A stretch of 64,000 nucleotides of DNA from an uncultured Rhodothermaceae bacterium. Lineage in GTDB: Bacteria; Bacteroidota; Rhodothermia; Rhodothermales; Bin80. Each line of letters begins with the position of its first letter. The first letter of the stretch is position 1. The stretch covers positions 21,576 through 85,575 of the forward strand of contig CAZCYQ010000005.1 of NCBI GenBank assembly GCA_964503085.1, written 5' to 3'. The notes under the pieces were generated by a model that was not told the DNA's origin, made no database searches, and saw only the letters and a list, made by a program, of their open reading frames with translations. A program made the position numbers and the translations under genes. This document shows positions 8,488 to 17,036 of this stretch, piece by piece.

Positions 8488-11385
8488 ATGCGGTTCTTTT
8501 TGTCTGCACTTTTTTTTCTGATTTTCCTAACGCCAGTATCACTCGCTCAGGTACCGGATATGCAATCAGCAGTCGCTCCGACGCCAGCTGCCGAACGACT
8601 AAACAGTTTTTCCATTCGAGTCCAGAAAGCGCAGCAATCGTTGGTCTCTAATGTGGCATTTGATAATGTTGGGCCGACAGTGATGAGTGGGCGCATCGTG
8701 GATATTGATGCCAATCCCCTTGATCCCGTTCAGATGTACGTCGCTTATGCGTCTGGGGGACTATGGCGCAGCGAAACAAATGGGATTTCTTTTGAGCCCC
8801 TTTTCGACGAGGAAGCATCCATGACATTGGGGGACATCGCAGTTGATTGGGCACGCGATGAAGTCATTTGGGTAGGTACCGGAGAAAACAACTCCAGCCG
8901 TTCGTCTTATGCCGGTACCGGAGTTTACAGGTCTCGGGATCGTGGTAAGTCCTGGGAGCACATGGGCCTGAGTGAAACACATAGAATCGGGCGGATTGTC
9001 CTACATCCGGTGGACCCACAAACACTCTGGGTTGCCGCAGTGGGTGCACTCTATTCACCAAACCCGCACAGAGGCGTTTATAAGAGCAGTGATGGCGGGG
9101 AAACCTGGACCCAAACACTCTATATCTCGGACAAAACCGGTGTGATCGATCTACTCATTGATCCGACGAATCCAGACATCCTGTATGCAGCCGGCTGGCA
9201 CCGGGAGCGGAGGGCATGGAATTTTGTTGAAGGTGGGAGCGATTCGGGTATCTGGAAATCAACTGACGGAGGCGATTCCTGGGATCGGCTATCGGCGGAC
9301 GGACTGCCCAGTGGGGATATGGTAGGACGTATCGGTCTGGATATTTTCCCGGGCAACCCGGAGATACTGTATGCCCTTGTAGACAATCAGGCTCGACGCC
9401 CCGCTGAAGATGAAGAGGAAGTTCCGACGCTTACACGCGAGACACTTCGCTCCATGAGCGTGGTTGAATTCCTAGCTCTGGATGATGAAACCATTACGGA
9501 GTATCTGGAGGATAATAACTTCGGACCACAATACAGTGCGGAAGTTATTCGAGGCATGGTGGAAGAGGGTACACTCGAGCCGGTGCATCTAGTATGGTAT
9601 GTGGAGGATGCAAACAGAGAGCTGTTTGACACGCCCGTAATTGGAGCGGAGGTCTACCGATCAGACGATGGCGGCGCAACATGGACGCGAACGCATGAGA
9701 ATTACCTGGACGCAGTATACAATTCGTATGGATACTACTTCGGAGAAATCCGCGTTGCTCCGCATGATGTTGAGCGGATTTACATACTGGGCGTTCCCTT
9801 CCTGGCATCCAGCGACGGCGGAACTTCCTGGGAGTCCATTGGCGGGCCAAGTGTACATGCAGATCACCAGGCGCTCTGGGTGAATCCGTCTCGCCCAGGT
9901 CACCTGATTGATGGCAATGATGGGGGCCTGAACATCACGTATGATGATGGCGCGTCCTGGTTCAAGGGGAATACGCCGTCTGTCGGGCAGTTCTATGCCA
10001 TTGGTGTGGACGATCAAACGCCCTATCATGTTTATGGGGGGCTCCAGGATAACGGTGTATGGGGCGGACCACATACGTACACGGCATCAACCAATTGGCA
10101 TGCGAGTGGTGCGTATCCGTATGATCGGTATATGGGCGGTGACGGTATGCAGGTGGAAATAGATACGCGCACGAACGATATCATTTATACCGGTTCGCAG
10201 TTTGGTTTTTATCAGCGCATAGAGACTTCCACAGGAAATCGAACATTAATTCGTCCACGCCACACACTGGGTGAACGTCCCCTACGTTTTAATTGGCAGA
10301 CCCCCATTCATTTGTCCAGACACAACCAGGATGTCCTTTATTATGGTTCCAACAAGCTTCATCGCTCCTTTAACAGGGGAGATGACTGGGAAACCCTGTC
10401 GGATGATTTAACGCGTGGTGGTCGGAGAGGGGATGTACCGTATGGTACATTGACTACAATTGATGAGTCGCCATTGCGATTTGGATTGCTGTATGTCGGT
10501 TCAGATGACGGTCTCGTGCATGTATCAAAAGATGGAGGCTATACATGGGAGAACATCACGGGGGAAGATTGGGGAGAGCTGTGGGTAAGTCGTGTGGAAG
10601 CCTCCAGTCATGAGCTGGGGCGCGTGTATGTGACGCTCAATGGATACCGGTGGGATCATTTTGCGCCATATGTCTTTCGCTCGGACGATTATGGACAGAC
10701 CTGGGAGGCGTTACACGCGGGACTACCTATGGAGCCGGTGAATGTTATTCTCGAAGACCCAGAAAATCCAGACTTGCTCTTTTTGGGCACGGATAATGGC
10801 TTGTATGTATCCATAGATGGCGGGGCATCCTTTATGTCCATGCAGAATGGACTACCGCACGCGCCGGTTCACGATCTAAAGATCCAGGCCCGCAGAAAGC
10901 ATTTGCTGGCAGGTACGCATGGTCGATCAATCTACCGTGCAGACATTGCAGCGTTACAGCGTCTGACTCCTGAAATCATTGCGAGCGCTTTGACAGTGCA
11001 TACACCAGCAGAAATCACACGAAGCCCCAATTGGGGCCGTCGTTTTGTTTGGTGGGCAGACTATAATGAGCCGGAGGTCATCATCACCTACTGGGCCGGG
11101 TCTGCGGGGCAGGTTACCGTGCAGGTTGAAGGGGAAGAGGATGCAGCTCTTCGCACGATCACAGATGAGGCTGAGCGTGGCCTGAACTTCCTTTCCTATG
11201 ATCTCTCTGTAGACGAAGCTTTTGCGGACGCTTTGATGGGGGAAGACGATGCGCCACTCGAACCCGGAGAAAACGACGTCTATTACCTGGTTCCGGGGGA
11301 TTATAAGTTGACTTTTCAACTAGGCGATGCTGAGGAGTCAGTAATGCTCTCAGTCACCAGCCCCCGTAACCGTTTCGGGCGTTAA
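8488..11385 (+). CDS. BNR/Asp-box repeat beta-propeller protein (sortilin/VPS10-like, often annotated as glycosyl hydrolase)
   Basis: 965-aa ORF with a signal peptide. It carries at least nine SxDxGxTW Asp-box repeats: SRDRGKSWEH, SSDGGETWTQ, STDGGDSWDR, SDDGGATWTR, SSDGGTSWES, YDDGASWFK, SKDGGYTWEN, SDDYGQTWEA and SIDGGASF. Confidence 0.8.
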   Translation: MRFFLSALFFLIFLTPVSLAQVPDMQSAVAPTPAAERLNSFSIRVQKAQQSLVSNVAFDNVGPTVMSGRIVDIDANPLDPVQMYVAYASGGLWRSETNGISFEPLFDEEASMTLGDIAVDWARDEVIWVGTGENNSSRSSYAGTGVYRSRDRGKSWEHMGLSETHRIGRIVLHPVDPQTLWVAAVGALYSPNPHRGVYKSSDGGETWTQTLYISDKTGVIDLLIDPTNPDILYAAGWHRERRAWNFVEGGSDSGIWKSTDGGDSWDRLSADGLPSGDMVGRIGLDIFPGNPEILYALVDNQARRPAEDEEEVPTLTRETLRSMSVVEFLALDDETITEYLEDNNFGPQYSAEVIRGMVEEGTLEPVHLVWYVEDANRELFDTPVIGAEVYRSDDGGATWTRTHENYLDAVYNSYGYYFGEIRVAPHDVERIYILGVPFLASSDGGTSWESIGGPSVHADHQALWVNPSRPGHLIDGNDGGLNITYDDGASWFKGNTPSVGQFYAIGVDDQTPYHVYGGLQDNGVWGGPHTYTASTNWHASGAYPYDRYMGGDGMQVEIDTRTNDIIYTGSQFGFYQRIETSTGNRTLIRPRHTLGERPLRFNWQTPIHLSRHNQDVLYYGSNKLHRSFNRGDDWETLSDDLTRGGRRGDVPYGTLTTIDESPLRFGLLYVGSDDGLVHVSKDGGYTWENITGEDWGELWVSRVEASSHELGRVYVTLNGYRWDHFAPYVFRSDDYGQTWEALHAGLPMEPVNVILEDPENPDLLFLGTDNGLYVSIDGGASFMSMQNGLPHAPVHDLKIQARRKHLLAGTHGRSIYRADIAALQRLTPEIIASALTVHTPAEITRSPNWGRRFVWWADYNEPEVIITYWAGSAGQVTVQVEGEEDAALRTITDEAERGLNFLSYDLSVDEAFADALMGEDDAPLEPGENDVYYLVPGDYKLTFQLGDAEESVMLSVTSPRNRFGR

Positions 11386-12603
11386 TTGATCTTCTGGAGT
11401 GTTTGGCAGTTGTTTCCATAGCCCATCTCTGACCGCGAAGAATTTTGGCAGAATAGAGTCGGGCAGGGGTTCTGATTTTGGCATCTCTACCCTCATTGCA
11501 TCAACCTGTCTGCCGTTCTTCCAGAAGCGGTAGCAGACATGGGGGCCCGTGGCCAGGCCTGTACTGCCGACATATCCAATTACATCACCTTGTTGAACGC
11601 GTACTCCGGGGCGGATTCCACTTTTTATCCGGGACATGTGGAGATACCCCGTTGTGTAGACATCGTTATGCCGAATCTTGACATAGTTGCCGTTGCCGCC
11701 TGCGTACGTAGCATTGATCACCGTGCCATTCGCGGTGGCAACGATAGGAGTTCCTCTAGGGGCAGCGAAATCGGTACCGAGATGTGGCTTGTAGCGTCTC
11801 TGGATGGGATGGAATCGTCTGCGACTGTACTGAGATGATATTCGACTGAACTCCACGGGTGCGCGCAGGAACGGACGTTCTGATGGACGCCCTTCTTCGT
11901 CGTAGAATCCACTTATACCGTCCTCAGGAAAATAGAACGCATAGTAATCCTGATCTGCGTGACGAAAGCGGGCAGCTTTGATCTCTGTTCCGATAGATTG
12001 TCCATGCACTTTTTCATCTTCATACAGGATCGAGAACTGGTCCCCGGGGAGTAAATGAAAAAAACTGACCTGCCAGGCGAAAATCTCACTTAGGTTCAGG
12101 GCTAATTGTTGATTTAGACCAGAATCCTGAATGGTCTGAAAAAGGGAACTGCCCTTAGCAATGGTACCAGATGCACGCCGGACTACCTTACGAGAGGTAA
12201 GGGAATCTTCATGGACCCGTACGGAATCCCCAAAGTCAAAGACGAGGAATTCTTTAATGCTGGGTTTATAGACTACAAACTCGGCCACGCCGCTCGAGTC
12301 GGTATAGGTATACAATGAATCGCCCCTGCCAATCTTCCGAAAGTCGATGAATGCCTCGGCCTGCTGAAAAGCCACTTGCTGTTTGTCTCTGGGCACCTTC
12401 CGGTCATTCATGATTGATTCAAGAGACTCGTTCCGCTGAACTGTGGAAGCATGCTTATCAAGTCCAGATGTTGGAACGCCAAATGCGTCACGCTCAATGA
12501 GGGGGAGGGCAGCAGGTCTATGCTTAATACGAGCGCTGTGAGGCAGCTGGATTACTAGCAACGCGAGGAGGCAAAGCGCGAGCCGGACTGAGGGTTTTCG
12601 CAT
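11350..12603 (-). CDS. M23 family metallopeptidase
   Basis: 417-aa ORF with a signal peptide. Catalytic motifs are HLGTDFAAPRGTPI, GNYVKIRH and GYVGSTGLATGPHVCY. Its 3' end overlaps the convergent gene 8488-11385 by 36 nt. Confidence 0.85.
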   Translation of the reverse strand: MRKPSVRLALCLLALLVIQLPHSARIKHRPAALPLIERDAFGVPTSGLDKHASTVQRNESLESIMNDRKVPRDKQQVAFQQAEAFIDFRKIGRGDSLYTYTDSSGVAEFVVYKPSIKEFLVFDFGDSVRVHEDSLTSRKVVRRASGTIAKGSSLFQTIQDSGLNQQLALNLSEIFAWQVSFFHLLPGDQFSILYEDEKVHGQSIGTEIKAARFRHADQDYYAFYFPEDGISGFYDEEGRPSERPFLRAPVEFSRISSQYSRRRFHPIQRRYKPHLGTDFAAPRGTPIVATANGTVINATYAGGNGNYVKIRHNDVYTTGYLHMSRIKSGIRPGVRVQQGDVIGYVGSTGLATGPHVCYRFWKNGRQVDAMRVEMPKSEPLPDSILPKFFAVRDGLWKQLPNTPEDQLTPETVTGAGD

Positions 12604-12642
12604 ACCTGCGGGAAGTAGTTGGTTTCGTTTGTGGCTGTCAAC

Positions 12643-13188
12643 TTACGGGATCCATCTCACGTCTGGTAGTCCCATATCATGGTTTGCTCGTCGGGCGAGT
12701 ACGAAAAGCAGATCGGATAATCGATTAAGATACCCGAGAACGTAAGAATTATGCGAGATAGTATCAAGTGCTTCTACTAGTGAGCGCTCTGCGCGGCGGC
12801 ATATTACACGGGATAGATGTAACATAGCAGCGGCTTGGGTGCCTCCCGGCAGTATAAAGTACTTCAGGGGCTCTAGCTTCACCTCCCAAGTATCAATGGC
12901 TTTTTCCAGAGACTTGATGTGCTTTGCCTGAATACGCGGGACGCTTGCTCGTGACTGGGCAGGAGTTGCAAGATCAGCACCGAGAACGAAGAGTTCGTGC
13001 TGGAGATGCAAAATCAGTTCGCGCATGGGTTCCGCCTCGGCCGGCAACATGGCGCGTGCGGCCCCAAGTGCAGCATTGGTTTCGTCTACCGCACCCATGG
13101 CCTGTATACGTGGATGATCCTTGAGCACACGATCCCCACCGAATAGTCCGGTAGTACCGTCGTCCCCTGTACGTGTGTAGATTTTCAT
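12643..13188 (-). CDS. ATP:cob(I)alamin adenosyltransferase, PduO/MMAB type
   Basis: The N-terminus MKIYTRTGDDGTTGLFGGDRV...AMGAVDETNAALG is the hallmark of PduO-type adenosyltransferases. Length is 181 aa. Confidence 0.85.
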   Translation of the reverse strand: MKIYTRTGDDGTTGLFGGDRVLKDHPRIQAMGAVDETNAALGAARAMLPAEAEPMRELILHLQHELFVLGADLATPAQSRASVPRIQAKHIKSLEKAIDTWEVKLEPLKYFILPGGTQAAAMLHLSRVICRRAERSLVEALDTISHNSYVLGYLNRLSDLLFVLARRANHDMGLPDVRWIP

Positions 13189-13351
13189 TTAGGACTTAAC
13201 CCGGAATCCATGTACGGGCTGGAGTTTCTGTACGCAGCGGTCTGTGAGGAGTAAGAACGACAGAGCTCTTGTTTTTGTTGAGTTTGAGACGGTGTTCACG
13301 GATGTATACGTCAGTCGTATTGATGGGGATGATTTGTTTTTGAGGGAATGG

Positions 13352-14176
13352 TCATCCCGATACGGGGCGTTCGTAGATGATTTCCCACTGTCCGTGTTCA
13401 TACTGAGCGATCTTGGCATGCATGCCGAACACCTCAGATAGAAGTTCCTCCGTCAGAACATTTTTTGGGTAACCGTTTGCCACTAGATGCCCCTCGTGTA
13501 AAACGAGTAATTGGTCGGAAAACCGTGTTGCTAAGCCAAGGTCGTGAAAGACAGCGAGAACGGTTTTGCCTTTTTGCGCTAAATCCTTGATCAGATTGAG
13601 GAATTGATGCTGATGACAAACATCTAGATGAGTGGTGGGCTCATCAAGGAGTAGGAGTTCAGAGTCCTGCAGTATTGCTTGGGCTAGATAGGCACGTTGG
13701 CGTTCGCCCCCGCTGAGTGACTGAAGTGATCTTTCGGAAAAACCGGAGAGACCCACCTGGTCAAGTACAGTTTTCAGCGAAAAACGGTCTTGATCGGATA
13801 CGCCTTCCAGCCATGCTTTTCTGGGCAACAGTCCGAGGAGCACAACGTCCTTAACCGTAAAATCGAAGGATAATGAGGGTGCCTGTCGAACAGAGGCAAC
13901 CTCACGCGCCAATTGTCGTCGCGACCAGTCAGTAAGGCGCTGGTCTTTCAAAAGGATTGATCCTTCGTAGGGCAGGTATCCGCAAATGGTTCGCAGTAAC
14001 GTAGTTTTTCCGCAACCATTAGGCCCAATGAGTCCGGTGATGGTACCTGGATACAGCTCAAAATGAACATCGCGGATAATGGTGTTTCTCTGGATTTGAA
14101 CGCGTAGGTCACTCACTTTCACCAGCGGGGTGTTCCAATCTGATGGAAGATTCCCGTTTGTTTGTACGCTGGCCAC
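13352..14176 (-). CDS. ABC transporter ATP-binding protein (FecE/BtuD/HmuV-like)
   Basis: Walker A is GPNGCGKTT, the signature motif is LSGGERQR, and Walker B is LLLLDEPT followed by HLD. No permease or substrate-binding gene is adjacent. Confidence 0.85.
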   Translation of the reverse strand: MASVQTNGNLPSDWNTPLVKVSDLRVQIQRNTIIRDVHFELYPGTITGLIGPNGCGKTTLLRTICGYLPYEGSILLKDQRLTDWSRRQLAREVASVRQAPSLSFDFTVKDVVLLGLLPRKAWLEGVSDQDRFSLKTVLDQVGLSGFSERSLQSLSGGERQRAYLAQAILQDSELLLLDEPTTHLDVCHQHQFLNLIKDLAQKGKTVLAVFHDLGLATRFSDQLLVLHEGHLVANGYPKNVLTEELLSEVFGMHAKIAQYEHGQWEIIYERPVSG

Positions 14177-14560
14177 GGATCAGACTCTCTTTGTGATAAC
14201 ACGCCACATAGTAAGTGCGTTAACGATTATTCGGGGACTCTGTGCCTTGCAACTCTGGAAGATCAACCTAGGGCTCATGAGGCACCTGGAGTTTTACCTG
14301 ATTTTGGCAACCCGTCGCAGCTTCGTAACAGTGTGCAGTTCCAAATATTCTCGAAATCAAGTCAATAGGCGCGCAGGGTTCGCAATGCACCCAAGTGCGG
14401 TCAGTATACTGAACGGCGCATTAAGGACTACGCCCGCAAAGCTTGGGAAAATTGTTTTAACTTAGGCACTGAACTTCCCCATCGTATTGCATGGCAGGTG
14501 AAGTTCTCGGACTGATACGCCGAAAGATTTACTTGCCGAAAACTATCAAGTCGTCTCTTG

Positions 14561-15238
14561 ATGCCCTACACGGTATACATTGCAAAACCGCCTCTCGGAG
14601 GAGGATATTCTTCAGATATTTATAAGGTTGGAATGACAACTGAAGAGAATGTTGTCGATCGGATTGTGTCATTAAATGATTCTGGTTCCAACTATGCCAC
14701 ATCGAATGGGGCAGACTGGCAAATACATTCTCAGTTTGAGTTTGAGAATGCGGAACAGATGGAGGCTTTTGAGTCTGCTATGAAAAACCGACTTGGTACG
14801 GGAGTAGATCCACTGGGAAGTGGGGCCACGGAATTGTTTCACAGTTCCGATCCTGAGGCAGACATTATGAAAGCCACTCATGGATCTTACAAGGATCTTG
14901 TCGAAACTGGTCACATTGATCCTGTGGGAATCGCAAGCACACCCGAGGCAGAGGACGTAGGGACGCTGGAGTCACTGGCAGCTTCGTCGCCAGAAGCCTT
15001 GGATGTCACAGCTGAAGAGAGTGTCAATGTGATACTTGAACTATTGTTGGCTGGAACAGGCATTGGCGGTTTGGCCATTACAATTTGGCGCGGACACAGA
15101 ATATTAAGATGGGGCAAACGGCTCTGGCAGGGTTCGCAGAATGCGGCTCGAGAAAAAGAGAGCCCTCGCGGAGTGGAGCCTGAGGAGGTGAGGAAAGCTA
15201 TTGAAGCTTTTGAGGCTCAATCTCGCAGACAGAACTAG
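14561..15238 (+). CDS. T5orf172/MUG113 (GIY-YIG superfamily)-like domain protein with a C-terminal TM anchor
   Basis: The N-terminal ~110 aa read YTVYIA...IYKVGMTTEENVVDRI...GATELF, which is the T5orf172 pattern. An acidic linker follows, then one hydrophobic helix (VNVILELLLAGTGIGGLAITIW) and a basic tail. The ATG at 14561 is one codon inside the track ORF, which starts with TTG at 14558. Confidence 0.65.
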   Translation: MPYTVYIAKPPLGGGYSSDIYKVGMTTEENVVDRIVSLNDSGSNYATSNGADWQIHSQFEFENAEQMEAFESAMKNRLGTGVDPLGSGATELFHSSDPEADIMKATHGSYKDLVETGHIDPVGIASTPEAEDVGTLESLAASSPEALDVTAEESVNVILELLLAGTGIGGLAITIWRGHRILRWGKRLWQGSQNAAREKESPRGVEPEEVRKAIEAFEAQSRRQN

Positions 15239-15252
15239 ACAGAGCCCAACCC

Positions 15253-16155
15253 ATGGGTATACTGATAGGCGTACTTAAGTTTGGATTCCAAGTAGGGAAG
15301 TCTGTCTTGAATATTGCTACCTCGTCGATCCGGGCGGCTAAACGGGAGCTTGAACAGCTTGCGCGGGAATATGCTCTGGACCCCATCGCCCGCCGGAGGC
15401 GGGACGAAGCTCGTGCTGCGGCTGAAAGGCGTCAGGAGGAAATTGACGAGGAAAGGGTACGTATTTACGAGCGGGCCAATAGGGAGGGTTGGACAGAATC
15501 ACTTATGGAGCGCTTTGGGGTTCTCAATCGGGAATGCGAGGCAATTTCCTTGGAATTTGGTCCCAGAGAGACAGCATCAATTGATCCAGACGACTATGAG
15601 GCCGTTGTCGTAGATCCATCGAAAGCGCATATTCTGGAATGGCATGCCGGTCAACATGCTTCTAAAAATTGTCCGAAATGTGGAATGCCGTTACGCTTGC
15701 AGTGGCCTCGAAAAGCGAGTACCCATGGTTATCCTAGATTCTTTTGGGGATGCACTGGATTTTACAACCCGTTCCCGATGCAATGCCGCTTTACCAAACC
15801 AGTTAGCGATGCGGATGCGGGAGCACTCATTAGAAGGGATAATGAGGCATTTGCATTGTCCCGTGAAGAAATGATCCAAAGGGCATGTGACGAGGATTAC
15901 AAATGGAAGATAGGCGAAGACCTCAGAGCTCTTCGCGGTCAACCCTTTGACATTTATCGTTGTCCCATTCACGGAAGATCCATGAAATTGGAGAAGAAGA
16001 AAAACCCAGATCAGTTGCTGGACGTTTGGCATATGCGATGTCCGAGTAAGATTTCGATGAACGGTGGCTGGAAGCGGTGTAGTCAGATGGTGAAGATCAA
16101 ATCCGTGGCACAGGTGCTTGCAGTCCGGGAGTTTGGAACAGGTCGGATCTTTTGA
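15253..16155 (+). CDS. coiled-coil protein with two topoisomerase-type C4 zinc-ribbon-like modules
   Basis: 300-aa ORF starting 14 nt after the previous gene. It has an N-terminal amphipathic or hydrophobic helix (MGILIGVLKFGFQVG) and an Arg/Glu-rich coiled coil. It then has CPKCGMPLRLQ...FFWGCTGFYNPFPMQCRF (zf-C4_Topoisom-like) and a second Cys/His cluster (YRCPIHG...HMRCPSK...WKRCSQ). Confidence 0.6.
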   Translation: MGILIGVLKFGFQVGKSVLNIATSSIRAAKRELEQLAREYALDPIARRRRDEARAAAERRQEEIDEERVRIYERANREGWTESLMERFGVLNRECEAISLEFGPRETASIDPDDYEAVVVDPSKAHILEWHAGQHASKNCPKCGMPLRLQWPRKASTHGYPRFFWGCTGFYNPFPMQCRFTKPVSDADAGALIRRDNEAFALSREEMIQRACDEDYKWKIGEDLRALRGQPFDIYRCPIHGRSMKLEKKKNPDQLLDVWHMRCPSKISMNGGWKRCSQMVKIKSVAQVLAVREFGTGRIF

Positions 16156-16801
16156 TCTCACTAGGGGCCTAGTTTATTCCGTTCGTACGGATACAGTGAA
16201 TCTAACTCACATTCTGGTCGTTGGTCAATACGAGTCGTGAAGATTCTTCGCTTAAGTCGCTAGACGCAATTAAGGCAGACGGGAAGAGTACGCAGTTCTG
16301 AAAGGAAATAAACTTCGTGGATTCAGTATACTGAAAGCGTGCCCTACAACAAATAGTAATTGGCGGATCACAAACGGTCGCCCTGCAGAAGATTTGCCCA
16401 TCTGAGCGCAAAAGTATGAGTCTTGTTTAGAGCTTGGCAGAGAAGATTTGCAGGGTTCAGCGGACTCCTCAGATAAAGTTAATCCATTCAAGTGAGGCCA
16501 CCCAAAGAGGGTTTCGAAGCGCGTGGAGCCTTATCGCCAAGAAGTTAGATGAGGATCTCTACTATCCACAATAGATCATTGGTCTAAATATTCTGTTCCA
16601 ACTATCAATACCTTCAAGGAGCCACTGAAGGTACTGTCGATTCGCCATATAACTCTCTGGTTTATTTCGCTACGTTTCTACGGAAAAAAATAAATTCAAG
16701 CGGATCTTCAAACCTATTCTTTCAGAATCCGATCATCAATAGCCTTGCTCCGTTACGACATTAAAATTCCATTGGGGAACTACTATACAGTTTCCCCCTA
16801 G

Positions 16802-16990
16802 TATGTTGATCATTTCATCCAGCCGTGTAGTAGGGATGTCGTTGGAGAAGAAGCAACCCTGGGCCTAATGCGCGGTACTCTCTCCGAAACAGGATCGCTT
16901 GCAATGCTACAAAGCGGGACATTATCTATTTGCCTGCGGGCTGGCGAGTGTATTCTGTCTGTCCGGTCAAGCGGCAATGCCAGGACTTAG
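16802..16990 (+). repeat. direct repeat copy A (189 bp), paralogous to 18731-18919
   Basis: An ungapped hand alignment with 18731-18919 gives 34 mismatches in 189 positions (26 transitions, 8 transversions). Copy A ends in ATGCCAGGACTTAG, and its ATG opens only a 16-codon ORF. Confidence 0.85.
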
Positions 16991-17036
16991 GTCCCTCGAA
17001 ATGGAGGGAGGCTTACCACGCTTCTAGGTGCCCTTC

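Noticed and set aside
14177-14557. Possible cobalamin riboswitch in the 380-nt leader of the BtuD-like ATPase (minus strand). Pieces such as AGTCCGAGAACTTCACCTGCC, GATGGGGAAGTTCAGTGCC and GAAGCTGCGACGGG loosely resemble the B12 box, the GGGAA/GGTG region and the GCTG..CCCGC region.
   Set aside because: The elements are in the wrong order, with the B12-box-like piece lying 5' of the GGGAA-like piece. No GCCACTG core is present and the spacings do not fit the consensus. Only a covariance-model scan could rescue this call.
16200-16650. A decayed pentapeptide-repeat gene on the minus strand. The N-terminus MANRQYLQWLLEGIDSWNRIFRP resembles the ...GV..WN.WR... lead-in of such proteins, and later frames contain ANLL... 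strings.
   Set aside because: The 5-residue periodicity does not hold when written out, and stops occur in every frame. The similarity is too weak to call without a translated database search.
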